Source: Candidatus Omnitrophota bacterium (GTDB lineage: Bacteria > Omnitrophota > Gorgyraeia > Zapsychrales > Zapsychraceae). Taken from it: a DNA stretch of 60,280 bases. The notes beneath the pieces were generated by a model. It saw only the letters and a list, made by a program, of their open reading frames with translations, was not told the origin of the DNA and made no database searches. The position numbers and the translations under genes are program-made. Below, piece after piece: positions 36,601 to 45,611 of this stretch. How positions within the stretch are numbered: position 1 is the stretch's first letter; every line of letters begins with the position of its first letter. The stretch is taken from positions 1 through 60,280 of the forward strand of contig JANQMA010000023.1 in NCBI GenBank assembly GCA_028280285.1, written 5' to 3'.

Positions 36601-36769
36601 AGGTCAACGCCAGGATTTGGCGGATCGCCGACTGTTCCTCAGCCAATTTAGGATTAAGAATGAGTTGAATGTAACGTTTGGCGAGTGCATACGTCTTGCC
36701 GGAACCGGCGGACGCCTCAACCACACGCACTTCGGGGAACTTAAAAATGGATGCTTTTGTGATGGTCAT
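33611..36769 (-). CDS. addA: AddA/RecB-like UvrD-family helicase-nuclease
   Basis: 1,052 aa. Walker A VEASAGSGKTYAL, LLDEFQDTS, VGDRKQAIYGFRGG. C-terminal PD-(D/E)XK motif RIDRLMIFENELWVIDYKYT. Confidence 0.8.
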   Translation of the reverse strand: MTITKASIFKFPEVRVVEASAGSGKTYALAKRYIQLILNPKLAEEQSAIRQILALTFTNKAAYEMKARILQFLKKIALGTMDSVEEEEILRPIGVSVKEAQAKAYYLMDEVIHNYNYFQIQTIDKFINAILSGCAFKIGLTANFKIKTNAAEYLEHSLDQLIDRAHTDKDIRGKFQTFLNNYLFIENRTGWFPKKDMLDIIFTLFNEDNTYGQVFNASPILSEDIIKLKKSILYDIKTLKEKMPEGVNKTFLKSTDAFLNKYTNSFDIDGLSTYFKNDALPVNKGVQVDRDIDKLWDKIVKEVRTLCELEAASLFNPYIFVYDEVKEGVETLTAKDDILFLSELNKKATRLFDEERVTVEELYYRLATRFHHYLLDEFQDTSRLQWHNVEEMVREALSTGGTLFYVGDRKQAIYGFRGGDVNLFDEIKDKFNDFNVCPETLANNWRSQKAIVNFNNHIFSEENLRGFIQRKRAIDEAKKSNKHTTVYFDDEQVDVVTNLFATSKQTHQKDRDGGYVHLEYVDIGNKEERDEYIHDQFMTLMDDLKGRFALSDIAVLARSNAHIEQVTNWLMVEGIPVQSERTSNIQENQTVLSIISFLRFIDSPINNIAFAEFILSDVFARATGTKTGDWHKYIFSKRSNIVEENDFYLYTAFRKDHPKLWDDFLSEFFRSVGLYPLYELVVSFYTKFDCLTYFPDDQGFLMHLLELIKKQEEEVSDLSAFLTYFDNLTGEELYVHSTKTEAVNVLTIHKSKGLEFPVVIIPFLGMDVQIGHGAHDNKQSFVSLLINGKRNLLRLKAKYYLYSDTLYQIYADEYRTALVSEINNVYVALTRAGSELYGFIPKKVGQSNNIAKLLIPEELYTNGARQTSKQIKAQISPEPLEKAEYYDWIKYLNEEFVSIDQVRNRTVRRQGEIIHRFLALFENTTVKAEQIIELDRQNIDMVIDSHEMSKLKNHTVAILSDAAFARFFNVPDAEVYNEIELITEEGHTKRIDRLMIFENELWVIDYKYTDEMKDEYRDQVKEYMGICRGIYSGKNVKGYVLLTKNKKVIEVT

Positions 36770-36829
36770 GTAGGGGGTATTATATCGTCAATCCAGCGAC
36801 GATTCAATACATTCAATTAAGATACAACC

Positions 36830-38104
36830 TTACGTCGGTGGAAAGGGATCATTGGGATTGACTTCTCGCCACTCAATGATATTGGCGATAAACGGAACAA
36901 ACGGAATCTTCCGGTTGGAAATAAGTTCGGTGTTATAAGTATACAGTCGATCATCAAATGTATCCATATCAACGGCTGTTGCGCCTTTGCCACGCACGGC
37001 AATAGCCCCGGTAAATTCCAATGTCCCTAAACTTCCTACCGGACCTTCGGCTATAAACAGCCCTTCGCTTTCTCCGTCACCATCAGCCATCACAAAGGCA
37101 TTAATCGCAAGATCCCCATCGGCCGACGCCGCAACACCTTCAGGAATAATAACATCTTGCTTGGCAAACAACCCAATCTGCGGCACATCCTCTACACTAC
37201 TATCGGGAATTACAGCCCCATCAATAATGACATTGCCGTCTGCAACAATTAATAGAGACACATTATACTCACCGGAAACGGTGACATCTCCGTTAACATA
37301 AATAATTTGCGGTTCAAAACCGCCTTCAACCGGATCGGTGATTAAGCCATCTAAATCGGCTAAATCAATCGTTAAATTTCCGTCATGCACAAAACTCTCT
37401 TCGGTATCAACCAGTGACTGGGCGATTGTCTCATAACGCACTAAATCAACACCGGCAAAGGTGATCGATGGTGTTTCTTGGGGAGCCTCTCCGTTAATGA
37501 CAACCGCAGGATTTGTTTCTCCAGTGATACTATTGATGTAAAAAATATCTCCGTTAATTATAATAGTCTGCTCCTCATCGGGTAAAGAGGCATTGACATC
37601 AAAGATAATATCTTTGGCTAAAATATCTTCATCGACGGTCGCTCCGCTTGCAATACGTAGCTCACCCAGTGTTGAGACCATAAAACGCCCTGGGTTTTCA
37701 ATCAACACCCGCGCAAGGATTGCACGCGGCACATCCCCTAAAGAGTCGAGTCCAAGCGATCTGACCCAAACAGTGGCAAATCCAAATAAATCATCAGCAG
37801 CCGCTACCTCAACCGCATAGCTGCCGATCGCATCATCCGGCTCTTCTTGGCTTGCTATAGTGTCAGTAAAAGGAGTCTCTTCGCCGACTTGCCATGATCC
37901 ATCGCTGCGCAGCTCAAATACAGCTCTTTCAATACCCGACTCAGCCGCATGAAAAGACTCATGCGTTGCGCGGCGCAAATTCGCCATGTCCAATTGCGCA
38001 CCTGAACGCATAAAAGCAACGCCTAAAAAAATCGTGAGGAATAAAGCAATAAACAGGCTCGCAAGAAGAACAAACCCAGACTTATTATTTTTTAAGATTC
38101 GCAT
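36830..38104 (-). CDS. PilX-N-type minor pilin-like protein with beta-helix-like C-terminal region
   Basis: 424 aa. MRILKNNKSGFVLLASLFIALFLTIFLGVAFM (PilX_N-like hydrophobic N-terminus). Repetitive V/I-x-G-D strands (IIINGDIFYINS, IIYVNGDVTVSGEYNVSLLIVADGNVIIDG). Confidence 0.55.
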   Translation of the reverse strand: MRILKNNKSGFVLLASLFIALFLTIFLGVAFMRSGAQLDMANLRRATHESFHAAESGIERAVFELRSDGSWQVGEETPFTDTIASQEEPDDAIGSYAVEVAAADDLFGFATVWVRSLGLDSLGDVPRAILARVLIENPGRFMVSTLGELRIASGATVDEDILAKDIIFDVNASLPDEEQTIIINGDIFYINSITGETNPAVVINGEAPQETPSITFAGVDLVRYETIAQSLVDTEESFVHDGNLTIDLADLDGLITDPVEGGFEPQIIYVNGDVTVSGEYNVSLLIVADGNVIIDGAVIPDSSVEDVPQIGLFAKQDVIIPEGVAASADGDLAINAFVMADGDGESEGLFIAEGPVGSLGTLEFTGAIAVRGKGATAVDMDTFDDRLYTYNTELISNRKIPFVPFIANIIEWREVNPNDPFPPT

Positions 38105-38106
38105 TA

Positions 38107-38586
38107 TTAGTTTCTCGGATATATTTCGGTTGAGGTAACAAAATTCACCCGCCGGGCAAAAACCGTATCGGCCAAGGCCAAATCAATCAATAAAGCTTCT
38201 CCATCTTTCATAAATTCAGTATTTTCATAATCAATATTTTCAGACAACATTTTAATCAAACCATCCTCACGCTCAACTTCAAAACGCCCATTATTGGTCA
38301 TACGGTAAATACCAATCACCGATCCGTCGACCGCAATCATGGTCGCCGTTTGTTCATCATCACTCTTAGCCGAAACATCGATCTGTGCCGCCTGACGCCC
38401 GTTGTCAGTCATTGATTCAACAATCCGATTCGCATCAGACCACATATCAGCGCGCGCTATCCGGTCTGTGTAATACGACCAGTTTTGAATAAAGACCGCA
38501 TGCACAAACAAAGATGCTACACCGATGACCGCAACAACCGTTATGATCTCTGTTAATGTTAACCCTTTTTTATTTTCAAATCGCAT
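38107..38586 (-). CDS. Prepilin-type N-terminal cleavage/methylation domain pseudopilin
   Basis: 159 aa. MRFENKKG/LTLTEIITVVAVIGVASLF class III signal. Confidence 0.7.
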   Translation of the reverse strand: MRFENKKGLTLTEIITVVAVIGVASLFVHAVFIQNWSYYTDRIARADMWSDANRIVESMTDNGRQAAQIDVSAKSDDEQTATMIAVDGSVIGIYRMTNNGRFEVEREDGLIKMLSENIDYENTEFMKDGEALLIDLALADTVFARRVNFVTSTEIYPRN

Positions 38587-40715
38587 TACATCCCGCCGCT
38601 TTGTCTTTGCATATTAATATTTACTGTTATTGTTTCACCCGCATTAAGTGCTTCTGTGGTCACAGATACAGGAATATACACATCATTTGTATCTTCCACA
38701 CTGACTGTATGCCTTAATACGCCATGATTAAAATAAGGATCAGTCTGGGGCAATAACGGTGGCGGCCATGTTTCAAGGACACTATCAAACGTCACCTCCC
38801 CGCTACCCTCTGTTATTTGATTAGAAGCAAAACCTGTATAAAGTCTAAGCGTAACACGGATATCCGGAATAGTTAAACCGGTATCCTCATCAAATACACG
38901 CACACGCACCTGGCCAAAACCCTCCGGCCATAATCTGGCATCATATTGTTGTAGTGTATCTTTAATAATTACAGCCTCCGGCACGCCGAGAGCCGAATAC
39001 CAATTATTGCCCGTCGATATTAAATTGTAATACCCATTCAAACTGATTTGGGCCGTCGTCGCCGCTGAAACGCGCAACCTAAACCCTTCATCCGGGCACA
39101 CATATTCATAAAAACCGGCCCCGTTTGTCGATGCATTTGTTGAACGAATGCGTACCGCAGCTCCAGAAAGCGTTCCACCTGACTGCGCATCAAAAACCAC
39201 GCCCTCAACATCCCCGCAACTGTGGTCACTCACATCACCGATCGTGAAATCGCCACCATCGACCACATTGTTGAGAAACAATGGACCGATTGTTTTAGTG
39301 CTGCTATTTCGATTTTGTGTGCTCGGTGTATTACAACATCCAATAAATGACACGCGTGCCGATGCCCATACTTGCAAATAGTTTTGACTAGGGTTGCTAT
39401 TGGCAAACATTTCCTGCACGGCCGGGACAATAAATGTAAATCGTCCGTCGGTCCCCGTTGTTGCGGTTTGACGTGACCCATTGCTTCGCCAGTCGGCCTG
39501 ATCCGATCGTGGCCACCGTGCATAAACAGTCGCACCCACAATCGGCGCACCATCACTATCAATCACCCGTCCTGTGACTGTGGCTCGCGGAACGTCCTGA
39601 ACTTCAATGTCGACTTCTGTTGTCTCACCTGCTCTTACTTCAATGCGGTCCGTTGCGGCACTACCGTTACGTCCATTACAGACGAGTGTCCCATCAGCCT
39701 GCGTTTCGGCTGATGACCACCCTTCCTTGTCATAAACAAAACTGCACGATGGAAATCCGGCCAAACCTGCTTTAAAGGCATCGGTTGAATTCAGTGTATA
39801 GGTTTTAACCTCATCAGGATCATCAAAGGCAATGGTGAATGTCCCTGTTCTTTGATTTGTTTTGCTGTCCACCTGACTCCCGTTTTGAAAAAGCCGGACA
39901 TCCGCCCCACCGTCAAAATGACTGACCGTTGCATTGCCATTCGTTTGATCAACCACACGCCAGTTAATCTGTCCATCATCCGGATTAGCCTCCATACAAA
40001 TATTCACTTCCTCCTCTTCATTCGACTCAATTGTAACTGTAACCGGGTCAGTCGTTACATAATTGACATGTGTTGCCGTCAGCTCCCATAGGCCAGCCGA
40101 CATGGCAAAGGTGTTGCCGCTGCTAAAATCATAATTATAACCGTCTGCATCAAAAGACGCAGCAGAAGAAACTGAATGGGTTTCCGTCCCACCATCCAAG
40201 ACAGCGGAAATAACAGCGCCACCGATAATATCCCCGCCACTGCACTCCGTCACCACCCCGACAATATTACCCGGTAAGGCATCCGGCGGACGCGCCATCA
40301 AAAGCACCGAATTTAATTGACGGTTTACCCCTAATTCATTCCAGGAAACAGTAATCTCTATTTGCTTAAGTTCGGCGCTGCCTTGATTGACCACATTCAG
40401 TGTGCGTGTATGATTAGGAAAATCCTCTTCAATAATTGCCAAACCGCAGGTGTCACCTTCATCCGGAGGAAAAGCACAATTGTTTAAACTGTCAAAAGAT
40501 GTCTGTGCCAGGCGGCGCACCTCTTCCTGGCTTTTTTGCAGGAGATTAACCGCCACGCTGCGCTCACGCGACATTTGACCGGAGGCAAACAAAACATTCA
40601 CCGCCGTAATACTGCCGGCTGCAATAATGGCAATAATCACAATACCAAGCAGGACTTCGGTTAGAGTGATGCCTGATTGTGATCGTAAGATTTTGTTTTT
40701 CATAATATTATCCAC
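38586..40715 (-). CDS. Very large pseudopilin (709 aa) with repeated carboxypeptidase-regulatory-like beta-sandwich domains
   Basis: SQSG/ITLTEVLLGIVIIAIIAAGS class III signal. Repeats of the pattern GRVIDSDGAPIVGATVYARW, GVVFDAQSGGTLSGAAVRIRS, VRVFDEDTGLTIPDIRVTL. The track start is a GTG at 40715; an alternative ATG lies at 40703. Confidence 0.7.
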   Translation of the reverse strand: MDNIMKNKILRSQSGITLTEVLLGIVIIAIIAAGSITAVNVLFASGQMSRERSVAVNLLQKSQEEVRRLAQTSFDSLNNCAFPPDEGDTCGLAIIEEDFPNHTRTLNVVNQGSAELKQIEITVSWNELGVNRQLNSVLLMARPPDALPGNIVGVVTECSGGDIIGGAVISAVLDGGTETHSVSSAASFDADGYNYDFSSGNTFAMSAGLWELTATHVNYVTTDPVTVTIESNEEEEVNICMEANPDDGQINWRVVDQTNGNATVSHFDGGADVRLFQNGSQVDSKTNQRTGTFTIAFDDPDEVKTYTLNSTDAFKAGLAGFPSCSFVYDKEGWSSAETQADGTLVCNGRNGSAATDRIEVRAGETTEVDIEVQDVPRATVTGRVIDSDGAPIVGATVYARWPRSDQADWRSNGSRQTATTGTDGRFTFIVPAVQEMFANSNPSQNYLQVWASARVSFIGCCNTPSTQNRNSSTKTIGPLFLNNVVDGGDFTIGDVSDHSCGDVEGVVFDAQSGGTLSGAAVRIRSTNASTNGAGFYEYVCPDEGFRLRVSAATTAQISLNGYYNLISTGNNWYSALGVPEAVIIKDTLQQYDARLWPEGFGQVRVRVFDEDTGLTIPDIRVTLRLYTGFASNQITEGSGEVTFDSVLETWPPPLLPQTDPYFNHGVLRHTVSVEDTNDVYIPVSVTTEALNAGETITVNINMQRQSGGM

Positions 40716-40720
40716 TTAAT

Positions 40721-40797
40721 GCTGGATACTAGATCCTGGATGCTGGATGTATTTTTTTCATCTAGCATCTAGTATCAAGGATCAAGGATCAAGGATC
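40721..40797. repeat. Imperfect hairpin with CTGGAT-type arms and (AAGGATC)x3 tandem repeat
   Basis: gctggatactagatcctggatgctggatg ... catctagcatctagtatcaaggatcaaggatcaaggatcc. Confidence 0.6.
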
Positions 40798-40812
40798 CAT
40801 TATCAAGTGCAC

Positions 40813-40845
40813 AAAAAAACCCCCCGCTCTAGAGCGAGGTTTTTT
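40813..40845 (-). terminator. Intrinsic (bidirectional) terminator between pilQ and the pseudopilin genes
   Basis: Minus strand: AAAAAA-CCUCGCU-CUAG-AGCGGGG-GGUUUUUUU. 7-bp GC-rich stem, 4-nt loop, U7 tail. Confidence 0.7.
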
Positions 40846-40921
40846 AATTAAGGGGACACATTACTTAATTCTAAAAGATAATAACAAAAATGAATAATTA
40901 AGTAATGTGTCCCCTTAATTA
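40845..40921. repeat. REPIN-like inverted doublet, family AAGGGGACACATTACTTAATT
   Basis: 26-bp perfect inverted repeat, 40845-40870 and 40896-40921, with a 25-nt spacer. Lies 3 nt past the pilQ stop. Confidence 0.8.
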
Positions 40922-40923
40922 GC

Positions 40924-42507
40924 TTATTCTCCATGAATAATTGTCGGCGTAACGGTAATGATTAATTCCGTGTCAATCACTGTATGTTTTTCATAACTGA
41001 ATAAATTACCCAATAACGGCACATCACCGATCACAGGCACTTTAAAAAGATTCTCTTTATCTTCCTGATTAAGCAATCCACCGATGACAAAAGGCATCCT
41101 ATCTTTAGCCCTGACAAATGCCGTCGCCGTGCGTTTACGTGTTTGTGGAAACTCATCATTCGGTCCGCGGAAGGTAAAAATAAAACTTACCTCCGGCTCA
41201 ACCTTAAGCACCACAAAATCATCTTCAATAATAGACGGTGTAATCGTAAGACGTATACCCGGCTCCTCAAAACGCACATCTGTCGTCGCAACTCCGCCTG
41301 AGACCGTTGTTACAGTGTAGGGAATTCGGTCACCGACAAATATTTCCGCCGTCTCATCATTAAGCGTTGTAATGCTTGGGTTAGAAAGCACCTTGGCTTT
41401 ATTCTGATTTTCCAACATACGGACCACCGTATCAAACTGCAAAGCATTCCTTGATAAAGAAAATACCTTAAACGGCGCATCCGGCGAGTCTTCCGGATCA
41501 TCAAAATCAACCGAACGCCCGCTTTCCTGGTACGACAAAGTAATTGAATCGGACCAATCCACGCCTAAGTCTTTGAGCGCATCTTTATTCAGCTCAACAA
41601 TCTTGGCCTGCAGAAGAACCTGCGGCTGTGGAATATCGACACCGGCCAAAAGTCTTTCTACTTTAACAATATTTTCCGGTTGGCCAACAACCATTAAACT
41701 ATTAATCGATTCACTTGAGCTAACAGATTCAACCAAGTCTTCGACTAAGGCTTCAGCCTCTTTAACATCAAAATTTTTAAGCTTGATCACCTTTGAGATA
41801 AGACTTTCATCCCTGAGTTTGTCATTACTTGTGATAAATAAAGAGTCCTCTACCTTTTTAAAACCCAGACCATAACTATTGGCAATCAAAAGCAAGGCCT
41901 CCTTAATCGTGACGTCTTTTAAATAAAGGTCAAACTGATTGTTCCTTAAAGAAGGATCAATCACAATGTTGATGTCCCCCGTTGCCCCGATAGTTAGGAC
42001 AATATCGCCCAAAACAGTTTGATCAAAGTCTAAATCAATCTTCTTACTTCTCAACTCTTCGCTGATCAAAGAATCAATAATTTCAGAAGATGTCATCACC
42101 GGCGTACTATTTTCATCTTTTGCAGCCGGCTTTGTAGTAGGAATTTCTGAAGCCACGGCCTCTTCATAGGCCTCATCAATGGTAAGATGAGAACGGATAC
42201 CCTCGACCGTTTGCTCCCGGATACTCACCGCATGATAATCTTCAGGAACTTCAAGGAACAGGTCTTCAACTTCTTGAATGGCCTGACCGATAGCATCAAG
42301 TTCCTTGGCATATGACGCATCACTCATAATGTCAAACTCGTCACTATCCCCGATTTTTTCTTGTTGCATCTCTTCGCTCTTATTCTCATAAGTTAGCTCG
42401 TTCTCTTGCTTTGCGTCCGTGTTTTCAGCCCTGGATAATGACACATTGACACTGCATATGAAGAAACTCATAAGAATAATTGTTTGGATTATTCTTGTCG
42501 CTTTCAC
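40924..42507 (-). CDS. pilQ: Secretin (PilQ/GspD family)
   Basis: 527 aa. Signal peptide. C-terminal secretin domain (VLSNPSITTLNDETAEIFVGD..., LFKVPVIGDVPLLGNLFSYEKHTVIDTELIITVTPTII). Confidence 0.85.
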   Translation of the reverse strand: MKATRIIQTIILMSFFICSVNVSLSRAENTDAKQENELTYENKSEEMQQEKIGDSDEFDIMSDASYAKELDAIGQAIQEVEDLFLEVPEDYHAVSIREQTVEGIRSHLTIDEAYEEAVASEIPTTKPAAKDENSTPVMTSSEIIDSLISEELRSKKIDLDFDQTVLGDIVLTIGATGDINIVIDPSLRNNQFDLYLKDVTIKEALLLIANSYGLGFKKVEDSLFITSNDKLRDESLISKVIKLKNFDVKEAEALVEDLVESVSSSESINSLMVVGQPENIVKVERLLAGVDIPQPQVLLQAKIVELNKDALKDLGVDWSDSITLSYQESGRSVDFDDPEDSPDAPFKVFSLSRNALQFDTVVRMLENQNKAKVLSNPSITTLNDETAEIFVGDRIPYTVTTVSGGVATTDVRFEEPGIRLTITPSIIEDDFVVLKVEPEVSFIFTFRGPNDEFPQTRKRTATAFVRAKDRMPFVIGGLLNQEDKENLFKVPVIGDVPLLGNLFSYEKHTVIDTELIITVTPTIIHGE

Positions 42508-42509
42508 TT

Positions 42510-42965
42510 TTACATACTCCTTCTTAAGGTTACTGTTTGAACACCGTTGCTAAGGATGACCTTATCTTCACGAATCTTCTTCACCGTGTAATTTTTGATA
42601 CGATCTCCCGTTTTATAAATACCTCTTTGCGAATCGCTTTTCAAAAAAGCAGCGTATTCGTCATTGATCTTAGATAAACCAAGAAACTTAAATGTATGAA
42701 TACCCGCTGTGTTTCTGTAGGCCGGCACCTTTGGCCTGCCAAAACTTTCACTGCCGACTAAAGGCTTAAACGGATCACGCGCCGCATTAATTTGTGGGCG
42801 CTCAGGCTTAAGGATAACTTTGGCCAGGTCTATACTCTCTACTTTATCAAGTATAGCTGTTTGAGCCTCTTTGCTTTTTTTAGAGGACGCAGCCTTTTTA
42901 GACTCTGCGCATCCGCACAAAACAAGTGCCACACCCAATATGAAAATTACCGTTCTGCGTTTCAT
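42510..42965 (-). CDS. PilP-like lipoprotein
   Basis: 151 aa. Lipobox LVLCGC. C-terminal RGIYKTGDRIKNYTVKKIREDKVILS beta domain. Lies between the pilO-like gene and pilQ. Confidence 0.5.
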   Translation of the reverse strand: MKRRTVIFILGVALVLCGCAESKKAASSKKSKEAQTAILDKVESIDLAKVILKPERPQINAARDPFKPLVGSESFGRPKVPAYRNTAGIHTFKFLGLSKINDEYAAFLKSDSQRGIYKTGDRIKNYTVKKIREDKVILSNGVQTVTLRRSM

Positions 42966-43603
42966 TTGTATTCCAACTCCTCCAGCGTTTTAAAACTGTA
43001 AATCTTTAAAGTAAAATCACACTTCAGTGAAGGATATTCTCGCCCGGAAGCCATTTCAATATTGCTGATCGTAATGAGTTGTTTAAATTCATCCAAATAG
43101 TTAAAAAATTCCATAAAAGAACTAAACGTCCCCTCCACCTTAATCTTAATGGGCATTGCCGCTAAGGTGAGAATACGTTTAACATCACTTTGGCTTTTAA
43201 ACTTTTCGCGGGTTTTCCTCGCCTTTCTTTTCTTGGCAATAAAAGCCTGCGGTGTGGAAACACCCTTTGCCGTCGTCACAGCCTTAAATCTCTGTGTTTT
43301 CATATCGATAATCTTTACCTCTGTGCTGCCTGCATAGGCCGAGATCTCATCCAAAAATGAGGGGATATCCTGCTCACTGAAAAGGTATTTGTCAAATTCT
43401 TCCTTTTCGGTTTCATATTGTTCAATATATTGTTTAAACTCAGCGATATTTGCCTCAACCTTAGCCAACTGATCTTTTTTAGCCGTCCACTTTTGCTCAA
43501 CTTCCGTATAGTCCAGATGTTTATTGAAACTCTGTACGAGGAGCATAACAATAAATGCACAAACACAAAATATAACAATTTTATTAATTTTCGATCGTGT
43601 CAT
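42962..43603 (-). CDS. pilO: PilO-like inner-membrane pilus alignment protein
   Basis: 213 aa from ATG 43603 (GGAG RBS). TM helix, coiled coil, and a C-terminal ferredoxin-like segment (IKVEGTFSSFMEFFNYLDEFKQLITISNIEMA). The track's start at 43723 overlaps 140 nt of the upstream gene. Confidence 0.6.
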   Translation of the reverse strand: MTRSKINKIVIFCVCAFIVMLLVQSFNKHLDYTEVEQKWTAKKDQLAKVEANIAEFKQYIEQYETEKEEFDKYLFSEQDIPSFLDEISAYAGSTEVKIIDMKTQRFKAVTTAKGVSTPQAFIAKKRKARKTREKFKSQSDVKRILTLAAMPIKIKVEGTFSSFMEFFNYLDEFKQLITISNIEMASGREYPSLKCDFTLKIYSFKTLEELEYK

Positions 43604-45095
43604 CTTTTTTCTCCGCCTCACGCAACTTGGCAAAAATCCCAAAATTATAAAGCTTCTTATCCTCAACTTCTTTTTCGCGCAAGAAGTCAAACTTACCCTT
43701 TTGTAAAATCGTTGAATCATCAATGCGGCGAATTAACTCGGCAATCGGCTCCATGGTAAAAGCTTGCCCCTTAATACTCGCACGGCCTGATTCACTAAAT
43801 TTAAATGATGTTAAGGCAATATCCTGTGGCAATTCAGCCGAAACAATGGAAAACACCTGCGCCCAAGAAACACGATTGAGCTGTTTGACATAGGTTGCTT
43901 GTGCAAGCACCTGTTCTTTCGTCGCTTCATATTCTTTTCGCTTAGCAAGCAACATTCCTTCTTCTTTTTTACGTGCCTTGATAGTGCTCCTTAAAATTTT
44001 TGTCTCTTTTTTCAAAGAAGTGATCTTTTGGCTCAAATTGTAACTATGCGTCCCAAAAACCAATAAGGCGCTACCTGCCACGGCTAAAGCGACCACAGAT
44101 ACCTTCACTAGATATTTCTTTACCTGAAAAAGCTTAATAAAATGATCTGATGGAAAATCCAGTTTTAAACGGTTGGCCCGTGCAATAATCGGCATCAGCG
44201 CCAGAACATAAATAGGATTAACATTGTGCTCACCCTCAACCGCAATATTTGTAATCTTATTGAGAAACGGCACAATAACATCGATATCCGCAACAGCATT
44301 CCTCATGATATGGCCTAAATCAGGAATTTGTTCTTGATCCCAAATGAGCGCCATGCGGCCGACTTCTTTATTGCCTTTCTCAAGCCCGTAAGAACGTAAA
44401 ACACGTTTTAACTCCGCCACCCACGCGGCAATCACCCGCTCTTTTGCCTCTTGGGAGGCAGCAAGTACATATTGCTGTATCCCGGATGAAAGCTTGTAAA
44501 CTAACTTGTATTTGCCGTCCTCAATGATACTGAAATAGGCCTCTTTTTCATCAAGATAAAAAATCGCATCACAGCTTGTGGCATAGTTGTCGGCTGTTTG
44601 AATCAGTGGTGCAATTTCTTTCAAATTGAGAGGCGAAACCTCAACATTGCGTAACAATAACTTTAAGTCATCTATTTCTTTAAGGGACCCTTTTAAAAAT
44701 TGACGGTTCACCGCTGCGAAAACAACTTTATTTTTGCCTTTCGCGGCAGGATAACGTTTATAAATAAATTCAAATTTGCCTTTTTGAAAACTTGGCAGCC
44801 TTTCTATTTCACTGGAGACCACCTCCTGCATTTCTTTATGCGACAATGCCGGCAGAGTGACTTGATGCACAATACTGTCGCTGCGTGAAATAGTCAGATA
44901 CACGCTGTCCACATAGATCTGCTTCTCAACGATCAAGTTATTAATCGCTTGCGCAAGGTTGCCCTCGACCGACAAGTCTACCCCAACGGCAGCCTTGCCG
45001 GCCTTAAGCACACAATACTCCTTATTACGTTTTTCAGCGTAAACGTAACGCAATGCACTATCCGCAATATCTATGCTTAAAATGCCTTTCTTCAT
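43584..45095 (-). CDS. pilM: PilM-PilN fusion (actin-like ATPase domain + TM + PilN-like region)
   Basis: 503 aa. MKKGILSIDIADSALRYVYAE (PilM-type N-terminus). TM helix VVALAVAGSALLVFG near aa 335, followed by a coiled coil and a PilN-like domain. AAGGA RBS. Confidence 0.65.
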   Translation of the reverse strand: MKKGILSIDIADSALRYVYAEKRNKEYCVLKAGKAAVGVDLSVEGNLAQAINNLIVEKQIYVDSVYLTISRSDSIVHQVTLPALSHKEMQEVVSSEIERLPSFQKGKFEFIYKRYPAAKGKNKVVFAAVNRQFLKGSLKEIDDLKLLLRNVEVSPLNLKEIAPLIQTADNYATSCDAIFYLDEKEAYFSIIEDGKYKLVYKLSSGIQQYVLAASQEAKERVIAAWVAELKRVLRSYGLEKGNKEVGRMALIWDQEQIPDLGHIMRNAVADIDVIVPFLNKITNIAVEGEHNVNPIYVLALMPIIARANRLKLDFPSDHFIKLFQVKKYLVKVSVVALAVAGSALLVFGTHSYNLSQKITSLKKETKILRSTIKARKKEEGMLLAKRKEYEATKEQVLAQATYVKQLNRVSWAQVFSIVSAELPQDIALTSFKFSESGRASIKGQAFTMEPIAELIRRIDDSTILQKGKFDFLREKEVEDKKLYNFGIFAKLREAEKKDDTIEN

Positions 45096-45121
45096 AATCA
45101 GTTCCTTAAATACCTCTAGTA

Positions 45122-45493
45122 TTATTCTTCGTCTTCCTCAAGGTCCTCAGGAAAATCGCCTGTCGCTGTTGCCACTTTTCCGTCGGCGGTGTCCGGATCA
45201 TCCGTAATAGAGTACACAGCACCAAACGGCGCATCGTCATTCGGATTTTCATCTAAATAATCACCTGCGATTAATTCAGCTTCAATATCATCGCAAAGAT
45301 CCCAATCTCTTTCCTGCGTGTAGCACAACATAATCGCCTCATCAATCGTATCAAGATTCGAAAGATGTTTGGCAACGTTTGCACGCTCAATCGCTTTAAC
45401 GGCATTTGGCAGAATTAACGCAATCAAGATACCTGCAATAACCAAAACGATCAAAACTTCTGTTAATGTAAATCCTTTGTTTTGTGTCTTCAT
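45122..45493 (-). CDS. Type IV (pseudo)pilin, probable major subunit, with an acidic C-terminal tail
   Basis: MKTQNKG/FTLTEVLIVLVIAGILIALILPN class III signal with Glu+5. Tail DDPDTADGKVATATGDFPEDLEEDEE. ATG at 45493 (GGGAGA upstream) is preferred over 45508. Confidence 0.8.
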   Translation of the reverse strand: MKTQNKGFTLTEVLIVLVIAGILIALILPNAVKAIERANVAKHLSNLDTIDEAIMLCYTQERDWDLCDDIEAELIAGDYLDENPNDDAPFGAVYSITDDPDTADGKVATATGDFPEDLEEDEE

Positions 45494-45589
45494 TTTTTCT
45501 TCTCCCATGTTTCTTTTATTTAACTTTTGTTTTTATTTTAATCAATTGAGCTGATACATCCTTCGTCAGCCTTCCCCATCTATATAAAC

Positions 45590-45605
45590 AGCAAATACTG
45601 TGCCA
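45590..45605 (-). promoter_or_regulatory. Sigma-54-type promoter upstream of the pilin gene
   Basis: Minus strand reads aTGGCACagtatTTGCTg, matching TGGCAC-N5-TTGCW with correct GG/GC spacing. It lies 7 nt past the pilC stop and ~85 nt upstream of the pilin ATG. Confidence 0.6.
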
Positions 45606-45611
45606 TGTTCC

